NCBI RefSeq assembly: GCF_002571385.2
Contig: NW_019217788.1
Span: forward strand, 1,492,087-1,556,086
DNA length: 64,000 nt
Source of the DNA: Stylophora pistillata
Taxonomy: Eukaryota
Reading direction: 5' to 3'
This document shows, piece after piece, positions 1-10,900 of the stretch (positions within the stretch are counted from its first letter, which is position 1; each line of letters opens with the position of its first letter). A program made the translations under genes and the position numbers. Below the pieces are notes generated by a model that saw only the letters and a list, made by a program, of their open reading frames with translations, did not search any database and was not told the DNA's origin.

Positions 1-272
1 TGAAAAAACCTCGCTACAGTCCGATGTGGTTGATCGAGTGAGTTCAGTTGTGTTACTGACCTAAGGGTCACGCCAGAAGCTGTCACGCCAGTAGACTGCA
101 AGAGTCGACATTCCAACCATTCAGTGGTTTTCTCTCCTCCCAATTTGCCATTAACGAATCCTTTAACATTTAAATGAAGATAAACAGCAGTGTAGAGAAT
201 AACTCCTCAAAAGACAAAATTAAACATAGCTCTTCCAGCGAATCACACAAATTAGACCGAGCCCGTTGACTT

Positions 273-406
273 GGTTCTGTCCCGGTGTACCGGTTCACAA
301 GGGAATTACCATGGTTCTTTCTTTGTTTAGGAGTTATGGGTTAGCTATTGTGTATTGTTTGGTCTTTTGTATTGGCTCTTGTGAACCGGTACACGAGGAC
401 AGAACC
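273..406. mobile_element. 134-bp MITE with ~29-bp TIRs and 8-bp TSD
   Basis: Left end GGTTCTGTCCCGGTGTACCGGTTCACAAG is nearly the reverse complement of right end CTTGTGAACCGGTACACGAGGACAGAACC. GTTGACTT is duplicated at 265-272 and 407-414. Superfamily not determined (hAT or Merlin fit the TSD length). Confidence 0.85.
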
Positions 407-604
407 GTTGACTTGGATCGAGAAACGCGTGCAAGATACAGCTGAACAGCTCAAGAACTTCCAAAATTTGGTAACAAACAGTCCTTCAAAAACAATTCTT
501 CCCTTAGTAATCCAAAATTACTTTTAAAGCGAACCTTTGACGCAGCTCTGAGAAGAAAATTTCACTGCCCCTCAATCCCGAAAATGTGAAGCCACCAAGC
601 TCGA

Positions 605-731
605 CCAATCCTATGACGTCACCTCTTAGAGTGACATGTGGTGTAGAGCTCAAGCTGCTCGAGGCTAATCAAAATATGCGACACGTGAAAGGGACTTTCC
701 CTCACCAGTTTCAAAGCTTCTCAAACAACAG
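605..731 (+). promoter_or_regulatory. Putative promoter and non-coding first exon of the RRM gene
   Basis: CCAAT (605), CRE TGACGTCA (614-621), E-box CACGTG (682-687) and kB site GGGACTTTCC (691-700), followed by a possible donor CAG|GTACAC at ~731. The ATG at 1310 follows an acceptor (ctacag|ctgaaATG), which implies an upstream non-coding exon. Confidence 0.45.
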
Positions 732-1309
732 GTACACTAAGTAGCTGAATTATTGGTAGGACGTTGTAAGGCGGGAAAAGATTTTAATATCGTTAACCTA
801 GAGGCTTGCGAAAGGGTCGAACGAATTTGCAGGATCGTTCGCCATGTGGTGGAGTGTCTGTAAACTACATTTCAAGGAAAAGAAGGGCTGTTTTGAAAGA
901 CGGTTTTGACATTTGAAAACAACCCTAATCAACTTCTATAAAAAGAGCAAAACTGGTCATGGATAGAACTATTAAAATGCTCAAAATGGCACTTGGGTTG
1001 ATGGCAAATTATTTACTTGAAATTCCATGAAGAAATTCCTTCAGTTAAATTTTTGGGTTTATAGATATTGAAGAAGTGTATTTGATTTTCGATACTTGCC
1101 CATTTCAGTTTTGAGAAAAAAACTGAAAAGTGTTAGAAACACCAATTTAAGCTGCCAGACATCGAATCCCGTTCAGATATTTGTTTCATTAAGTACTTCC
1201 CGACATGGCGACAACTTGCATCGTCTTGATCATTCTTCGCTTTTCTTCTAAAGTTTAGGTTATGTATCGTCGATACTGAAAATCATTTTACCAAGTAACT
1301 ACAGCTGAA

Positions 1310-1923
1310 ATGCCAACTCTTGACGACATAGTTGAAGGCTCTGCTGATAAAAGCAAACAGCAACTGCAAGAAGCATTAGTGGAGCTACTCAGAGGGAATC
1401 CAGAGATTTTAGATTCAGTCACGAAATCTAAGTCAGAGACGCAACAGGATAAGAAGAAAGTTGTAAGTTTATTTTTAGATTTTTTACATAAAGATAAAAA
1501 AATACCAAACGCTAGCCTCAAGATAGCCTTGCACTGGAATTTTTACTAGGGTATATTCCTATTAACACTCTACACCCTAACATCAGTAGGCATATTCTCC
1601 ATACTTTTCTCCATATATTTCCTATGGTATTGACAAAGAGAGTTTGTTCAACAATCAAGAGCTTTTTGAGTTGGTGATCATTTCCTGTTTTCTCATAACC
1701 TTGATGTTTGATTTAGCTGTTATACTGTAAAGAGAAATTGGATGCTAGTCACTGTGAGGGGTGAACAGGTTACCCCACTGAACTTGCGAAGATATTGATA
1801 TGTAACTTCATATAGGTAATCGCATGGGGCTGAGTAAAATTAAGGATTAATATCACGATTGTTTTCGGAAGTTGCTGAAATTGCCCGAGTCGCGCAGCAA
1901 TGAGGGCAACTTCTGCAACTTCC

Positions 1924-1955
<32 letters not shown>

Positions 1956-4900
1956 TGAGGAACCATGTGATCACTTGTTTATAATATAAGGGACAAAATG
2001 TTTTCTTACTGATCTCATGCAAAATGGGACACCACTGTAACAAAACAAACAGAAATTTCTTTACCTTGGCAGCCGTTGCTAAGCGATTTTCAACCAATCA
2101 TTTTCAAGTAATTTTGCCCATAGCAATTACAATTTTGCCCCTTATGTGATAAAGTTTATTATCCAACTGTGCTTCATAGAGAGCAAATAACATGCAATAC
2201 AAGGACAAATATCACGTAATATTTGTACTCCAGAAATCTGCAAAATTTGCCCCCACTCAGTACAGAATTGTGCCCATTGAAAATGTCATATGGGCAAATG
2301 CAAATAAGCTAGAAAAGAGAAAGAGAGCATGCGTAACTTCACGCAGGCCTGTCAATCCGACTGTCAATCATGTAATCCCCATGTACACCGTGTTCGTAAG
2401 TATTGTTTCTTGCTCAGACAACCAAAACGTAGTGCTATTCATCGAAGAAGATTAGACGTAATTAGTAGTGTTATCCTGATTAGGCTATATTGTTAAAAAA
2501 TCAGTCAGATGTAAAATTAAATTACCTTTTAAATGTCAGGTTTTTAATTTGTATTAAGACTGAAATGCAGCAGTTTTACAAGGTTTGACCATCAATTTTG
2601 CCATGAAAGCAAAATAACATCACAGAAATATTCCTTTTTAGCCCGTTATTGCCATCAGTTGTAAATACTAATTGCTCCAATTGTCTCCATTGTCTCTAAA
2701 CAGACACAAAGCGAAATTTTATAACTCCCATTTGGGAATTCATCAATTCAGATCTTAAGAGAACAAAGCTGGCAGTGAGCTTTTGCAACCTCATTCCCAG
2801 GTCATTGTGCCCACAAAGCATCGTGGGTACCCCACTTTTCCCGCGTGACATTTTTCAATGGGTGTGATTCTGTAATGGAAATAATAATTTGGGGTGTTGG
2901 ATAATAAATCTCTTATGAGACATTGTTTGTATTTTGACTCACCCTATGGGCTCATCAAATGACAGCACAACTTTTAAAAATACTCAAACAGAGATACTAC
3001 ACAACAAAACATCCAATGAGATATATGACTTATTCAGTAGTTGTGTATCAGCTACTGTAAGTGCAATATCTCAATTGTCTATAACGAAACTCTATAACAG
3101 CTAGAAAGGAGAACTCCAAATCAAATCAGGGGAATTAAAGAGATAAGTCTTTGATTCTTGGAAGTTATCATTATCTTATTCTCTAATTGTTGTCAATCAA
3201 CCCCTCACTTGACAATGAGGATGACCTCTTCCCATCTTGTCAAAATGTCAGGGACAACTAGTGACAACAGCGCTTCTCAGGATTACTCTCACCTGGACAA
3301 TCAGACGATACAATCATTTTGTATTTGTAATTAAAGCCTGGTTCACATATAATCGCAGATGATCGCTGGCCGACACAAACTATCCCAGGTGATCGCACGA
3401 TTGCTGAAACCACTCAGCCGAAGATCGCTAATTGCATGTTCACATATGATGGCAGCCAATTGCAGGGATTTGTGACAACCGAGTCTATGGTTTACCATTC
3501 AGCGGCAATACAATGTAACTCCAGTAAAGACTTTATTTTACGAGGGTAACACATAATAGCATAGCTAATAAACTTGTGGCCCTCACTCAGAAATAATTAC
3601 AATATAAAAACTAGTATAATACAATATGAAAATAGAAACTAATATAATATAATATAATTACAAGATAAGTAAAGAAACTAATAAAATGTATGAATATATA
3701 CAATATAACTAGTAAGAATGACTAGTAACTAGTAGTAGTAACTAGTCAACCAACATAAAGGCAAAGGACGCTGAACTTTTAATTGGTGTCAACATTCTGC
3801 TTCTGTCGTCTTTACTTAAACGGAGAATCACTGCCTGATCAAAGAAGAAATGTTGCTTCTTGGTGCAGAAAGTCTTAACAAAGAGAGAATTCTTTGCTAA
3901 AGCAATTGAGCAAACAATCATATTTTCTAATTTCTTCCATAAACTGTTCGATGTCAATTTCACCTTCCATCTTGTCAAAACCCACGCACAAAAAGTTGAT
4001 AAAAAACTGGTTGTCATGGTATCATGCTGCTTGCATAGCATTATTGGACACATTCCTATTGCATGATCACAGAACTTTGTTCACAGATAATCGTACTCGA
4101 TCCCAGACGACCACAACCGATCGCACGAATAGGAAATGGTTCTATTCCTGCGATCGCACACGATCACAGAGCTGTTCACATATATTATAATGGCAGACGA
4201 TTGTTGGCAATTGAGTGCGATCGCCTGCAATCGTCTGTGATCATATGTGAACCAGGCTTAAAAAAAGGGTCACCCCTGTATTCTGTAGGAAATTCATTAC
4301 CTGACAAGGGAATTCCATGTTAAATTGCTTGTGAAAAGCAATGTTGCATGAATCACGAGGGGATGAGTGCACTATCGGTTTTCAAGTGCATTCTTGAATC
4401 AGGTTATGGATTTTCCATGAATATCCCATTTTTTAGCAGAAATAAAAAAGAAAAAGAAAACAGCAACAATGTTTGTTTTTATCCTGAGCATGAAACAAGA
4501 GATGGCAAACAATATTGCCTAGTGGCTTTTTTCAACTCACAATTCATCACTGAGTACCTTGCTTTGTTGACCAATCAGAATGTGAGATTTTATTCAATTA
4601 TGAAATCTGTAGACTGCAAGATGTGCAAATGAGCAAGATGGACAGATACAGAGAAGCTCATCAGTGTCCTACCCTGAACTTGAAAACCACCTTAACCAGT
4701 CCCAAAGACCCAGATATCAGTGGCAGTTGTCTGACAGCGGTGAGAATTATTGAAATTTGTAATCAATACATGTTTGCATTAAAGTCTGTACCTGATTCAG
4801 GTGGCCCATTTAGCCTGAGCTTAATATCCTGGTTTCCAAAAAGCACGAAGCAATTTAGAGTACAGTGGTACCTTGATTGAACGAAATGCCAAGGGACTGA

Positions 4901-7900
4901 GGAAATTGGTTTCTTATATCAAGGTTCTGTGGCATACATTTTACTGTAACTTTAACCGGGCTGAAACTGAAGTATGGTTTGTTATACCGAGGACTTCATT
5001 ATCTAGTAGTTCGTAAAATTAAGGTTCCGCTGTATTACTGCTCACCTAGATGGGATGCCAGTTCATCACATGGTAACCCCCCACCCCCCACCCCCAGCAT
5101 TTCATCAGGCTTACCTGACAAGTCACCAGTACCAATTTATACTCCTGGGTGGGGTGGAGAGAGGCACTGTGAAATTAAATTGTTTTGCCTGAGATCATGA
5201 CACAATGACCTGGCTAGGTCTTTAACCTGGACCTCCTAATCCCTTTTAACTCCCAAGATCTGTCTTGTAATTCTCTCCTCTAGCCACCACACATTTCCTC
5301 ATAAATAAGTTTTAAGAATTTGGTGTTAGATCAAGATTGTAATCTCAAACTGATAAGTTGGAGTATTCTCCTTAGCTGATTGTTGGATACTCAGTATGGC
5401 TATAATCTGGAGAAATTACCGTATTTGTCCATGTATAAGTCCACCTTTTATGACCAAAAAATCAGCCCAAAAAATCACCCCCTACTTATTCACAGGTCAT
5501 ATACAAAGACCTGACCCAAGCAATCCAAGAAATTAGCGTAACAATTGCCCGAAGTCCATTAGGTAAACCAGGTTTACAAAACCAGTTCTAATTGTGTTTG
5601 AGTTTCGTTGGTTTTTATCGCATTCTTCATCAACAAAAAAGTTTTAAATAATAAATTTTACATGGCTTAAACAGAAAACTACTGGAGCTGGCTGATTGCT
5701 ATTGTATCTTCTGATCTGTAGAGCAGACATTTTTCCTTTTAACTTTGCTTCTATTTATGCTGCAGAACTCTCATTTTCATTGAAGGCTTACAGTAGCTTA
5801 GTGACCTTGCTAATGCTGTTTTCTCACGCAGTCTTGTCTGATATGGCAGTGTTTTCATTAAGTGATCCTATGAAGCTTTTCTGTGTTCCTTTGGTCTACT
5901 AAATCTCCTTTCAAACTCAACATTAAGATAAAGGTTAGTTAAATGCATGGCAGTTTCATCTTCAAAGCGATTTACAAAATATGGTAAATTACTGCTCCTG
6001 TAAATCGCTTACTTAAATATGTTGCCAATGAATTGGCTAACCTTGTCTCTTGGTTATTTAATTTATCGTTTACATGGGCCATTGTCCTTCAACTATGGAA
6101 GCAAGCTAACATTTTCCCAATTCATAAGGATTGTGACACAGGTTCAGTTACTAATTATAGAGGGATTTCATTACTATCTGTTGTTGGGACATGTCAAGAA
6201 AGGATCATTCATACTGTTATATATGACCAGGTGTTTCAATATTTGCATGATTCCCATCATGGCTTTCTGAGAGGGAGGTCTACTGTTTCTCATTTAGTTT
6301 TAGTACACAATGATTGGGCCAAAGTTATGGATAATCATTAGGGAAAGTTGATGTTGTATTTCTGGATTTTTCTAAGGCTTTTGATTTAGTTATAATCATT
6401 CTCTCCTGATACAGAAGTTAAAATCAATATGGTGTTGGGGGGGGGTGGGGGCAACTTCTCAAATGGTGTAAAGATTATCTGAGAAACCAACAACAGAGGG
6501 TAGTTGTACGTGGAGGGACTTCTGATTGGCTGACAGTTACATTGGGTGTACCCCAAGGGTCAATTCTGGGACCGTTGTTTTTTATAATTTATATTATGAT
6601 TTGCCTGGTGTGGTTTCTGATGACAATAAGATAGTTCTTTATGCTGATGATAGTAAACTTTATAATGTTATTCACTCTGTTCATGATCAAGAGTGCTTCC
6701 GGCAGAACCTAAATAAGATCAATGAGTGGTGTGTAAATAATAAGATGAGGATCAATGCCAGTAAATGCAAGGTTATGAGAATTACCAAAGAGAGGTCCCC
6801 TTTTACCTACGACTATCACATTGATGGGACTAAACTCGATTCGGTTTCTTTGCATAGAGACCTGGGCTTGTTAACTAGTGATGTTCTCTCTTGGAATTAA
6901 TTACCTTATTGCCAATATTACAGCTAAGGCAAATAGTATTTTAGGCCTTATCAAAAGAACATGTCGGGATGTCAGTGATGTCACAACTCTTAAGACTCTG
7001 TATTGTAGTTTTGTGAGGCCCAAGGTTGAATATGCCTCTCAGCTGTGGAATCCTTCTACGAGGAGTCACTTTAGTCGTGTAGAGTCAATTCAAAGAACAG
7101 CAACCAAGTTTATTCTTAAAAGTGATGACAATTATTTGGTTAGGCTACGTGAAGTCCACTTGTTATCTTAAGAGGGTAGGAGATTTATTGCGGATGTTGT
7201 TTTCTTTTATAAGGTTGTTAATAATCATGTTTGCCTGACCCTTGATTCAAGGGTTCGGTTCTCTAGGGATGTTGACAGGGGATATGCATTGAGAAGTATG
7301 CATGGATACTCCAAACCTTTTAACCAGCTTTTCTAAGACTAATTTATTTAAATTTAGCTTTTTGAGGAGAATAGTTGGGGGAATGGAAAAGTCTCCCTCT
7401 TGATATTCGAGAGGCATCATCCGTGGCAGATTTTAAGTTGAAGGTTTCTACATTTTTAACTCGTTGAATTTCTGTATATACATTTTTTCTTTTTTTTCCT
7501 TTTATGTTTGTATAGTAGTAGGTCCTATAGATAGGTTGGAGTTTCCTCCTAGAATGGTTCTGCGGCACTCTTTGAGGATTCTTCCCATTTAAACACATCA
7601 CGTAAATATTTTTATTGTTGTTGTTGTTGAAATAAAGCTTAATACATATATGCTTCAAGTGTGAATCGTGGTCATGTAAACAAGTGCTACTAAACTTCAC
7701 AGCACACGGTTACATTTTGCTCAGCAGTTTCTTTTTAATTCACCGTGTTTTCAATACATTCTCAGAAGTAAGAGATCAACCATTGGGGAAAATTCTATCA
7801 GTGTGAATTTTTCTTTTTAAAACCAGAAATGATGAAAAATCGATTTTTGACCTTGAAAATGGGGGGTCGACTTATACATGGATAAATACGGTATGCGTTA

Positions 7901-10900
7901 AACACTTCTGGGAGTTACAGGGTTATCCTAGAGTCCAGCACACTTGTCATTAAGCCACCCATGATAAACTAACATGGACTGATTAAATCTGTAGTGACTG
8001 CGTGTGTTGTTCAAAGCCAGGAAAAGGCTTGAACAGTCTGCAAATTTCCAAGTCTTGGATTTTCATTCTGCAATCCCAAAATCTGAGCTTTTAAAATAGC
8101 TTCTAAAACACTACAAAAAAATTTCAGCTTAGTTTGTCCATTTGTTTAAAGTGATCAATTCAAAGAAAACACACCAGTGTTTTCCAAACCATTTGAATGT
8201 ACATGTAAGTAGTGTAAGTGTTAGGTGTTTTTAATTGGAGTTCAATGGACAAAAAATGTCACAAACTGCCTTTGCATTATTGTGGTCATTTATGAGCTAT
8301 CCTAGTGCTTTGAAAGGTTTTGAAAATTGTATTTGCCTTTTGCTCTTGCAATTTCAAATTCTTTTAAAACATCACTTTTTCAAAAATCATGGAGTGCACT
8401 CACATTCATTCATTTAGATGATGGCATAGACTCTGCATGGACTACTTCGACAAAACATATGTCACCTCGTGAACTTTGCAAATGGCGCAGTGGGCTTTAT
8501 TCTGTATACACAGGACATCTACCTCATGACATTACAAAGGTAATGGTTAAAAATGTGCTTTTTTGAACTTCTAGATTTAACGGCTTTGATTTGCAGTTAC
8601 AAGTGCCAAATGGTATCTTGGAAATCATAGGCCTTGGAGAGTTGTAAACTGATCGTAAGATCGTGCCAGCATTAAGTTGTAACTGGTCTTGAAGTCTGAG
8701 TTTTTTTCAAAGGTTTTTAGTTTGACATTTTCCCTCTTAAACCTAGGTCTACAGAGTAGAGTTCTGGTTGCAAACAACATAGTCTGTGTATCATATGCAC
8801 ATGCAATCCTATGAGAAGTCTTTGCATCTTGCAATTCCCAGATTAAGCCAATTGCTTTCCCTACACCCTACATGTGGTACTTTAAAGTGTTCTTTCTTCC
8901 ACAGAAAGAGCTAGTACGGCTGTTTGGGGAAGTTGGAAATGTACAGGATGTTCATTTACAGCCATCAAACCGTGACGGAAGAAGTTATACTTATGGGTTT
9001 GTATGTTTCATTCATCTTGGTAGACAGTTGATTCTTGTCTTTGGTCTGATGCATGTATTCTCAATCTCTCTCCTAAGCATTAGTTCTTAGAAATCACCAT
9101 GCACCAACAACATGGCCCAAAATTGATGACATCTCGTGGCAAGGAATGCAGAGGTTATTCATTCTGTCTGGGTTGCACATCCTCCCCCCCATGATTAAGA
9201 AATAAAAACAAAACCAGAGTATGTGCCTTTGTCTGAATGGAATTACCAACAAAACTCCTCTTTTTCTTTGCATAAAAACACTACTTCCACATTACTACGC
9301 ATATTCTTTATTCGCTGTGCCATTGAAAGAAAGGAAACTGAAAAATTAAGTCATTCTTGATTTTGTTGTAGGTGTATTTTTTAAGTTTTTCACTTTCTTT
9401 GACTCCATTGAATTGAATCCTCTCAATTCAGTACGCATAATATAGTGTCATTGCTTTTATTTAAAAAAGAAATCAATCAACGTACAGAATTAAAACAAAC
9501 AAGGACTTTGGAAAAGCCAGCAAAAGACATGGTTACTCCCCAAAACTTCTCTAAATTTTTTTAATTAATAAATTTTATACAAACTAATTGAAATTATAGT
9601 CCTGGGAAGGTGAAAACATCTATGTTCGTCAAGAGCAACAGTTTTTTTCCCTCCAGTCACTCACAGAGGGTCATACAGATTACTAAAATAATAGTTATTC
9701 ATATCATAACTGTTCAATTCAAGTGGGAAAAGCATTTCCTATCAATAAAAATGAAAAAGAACAATGGATCCCTTTCAGTTGATCTTGTTATTATTGCTGA
9801 TAGATCCAATAGGCCAGGGAACCTGCCCACTGTCAAACCATTTTATGTAATTCAAATATAGCTCACACTGCTGGTAGAGAGTTTAAAATTTTAAATTTTC
9901 CCATGGGTGCTCGCATACTGACACCCTGGTAGGGTATGTTACTTTGCAAAACACCATGTTGGCTATGAAAGCATAATTTAATTCAGCTGCCTATTAATTT
10001 TGCACACCTACTGTATTACAGTTTGTCACAACAACATGGCCCTGAATAGTTGGTCCTCAATTTTTTCAGTCATTCTTAATTAATTTCTTTGTCGCTGGAA
10101 ATAAAAGTCAACAAATTTTAGTTTGTATACTAATGATAAGCAATAATTGAATCAATTGAATAATGACAAGACAGTTGAAGTAATTAAAAGAAGGATTATT
10201 CAAACTGCTTTACCACACTGTTACAGAGTAAGACATGTTCCAAATGGAACAGTTTCAAAATAGTAAAAGATAGGTCTGTCTCAAACACACCTAGCTATCT
10301 TAAAATTTAAGTAAATGTTTACATATATACCTTCTCAAAATGTTTTGAAAATATCCATGAATTGGATTGATTTTATCTAAAATTGATTTTGTATTATGTG
10401 GATACCTAGAGCAGCCTGGCTGTTGGTGGGAAATAATTCGTTAGCAACTAAGAAAAAGTTGTTTAGATAATAGGACACATTAACTTGGAGTACAAGAACT
10501 TAACTGAACTTGATAGTGAAAAATGCTTTAAATATACACCTTGCACAACTTTACTGCACTCTTTGTAGGCAGAGAAGTTTACACTGTTGTTGTTACTAGA
10601 TAAAACTAAGCCCTTTTTTGATTGGAAATCAGGAAACTGTGTCTGTCTATTGTTTGTTGCCATTGTGCCATTTTCACAGAACTGCTTATAAAGGATTGAT
10701 GGCTATTATGTATTTCCTGCCTAAATAATGCAGGTTTACACAAGTTCATTGATTTACAGTGAGAAAAGGTCAATTCATGGCAAACCTGTCCTACAGTACT
10801 GCTCTAATCTGTAGCTGAATTGGTTTGTGTGGAAACTAAGGAAATAATACCAAATACACCACTGAAAGTGAAATACAGTGATTTGCCCACAAAACACTGG

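Larger units (their letters stand above)
5241..7922. mobile_element. piggyBac-like MITE split by a nested insertion (halves 5241-5418 and 7892-7922)
   Basis: Left part CCCTTTTAACTCCCAAGATC...GGAGAAATTA and right part TGCGTTAAACACTTCTGGGAGTTACAGGG rejoin into the same MITE type seen at 13899-14352. Confidence 0.65.
4800..7960 (-). mobile_element. tRNA-derived SINE split by later insertions (pieces ~4800-4862, 5035-5240, 7926-7960)
   Basis: SINE body motifs GGATGCCAGTTCATCAC...CCAATTTATACTCCTGGGTGG...GAGAGAGGCACTGTGA. The tRNA-head complement stops at AACCTGGACCTCCTAAT (5240) and resumes at TAGAGTCCAGCACACTTGTCATTAAGCCACC (7929-7959). Confidence 0.55.

Noticed and set aside
4623-4880. ORF-track frame MQMSKMDRY...
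   Set aside because: Only the alternative frame (TARCANEQDG...) is phase-compatible with the flanking exons.
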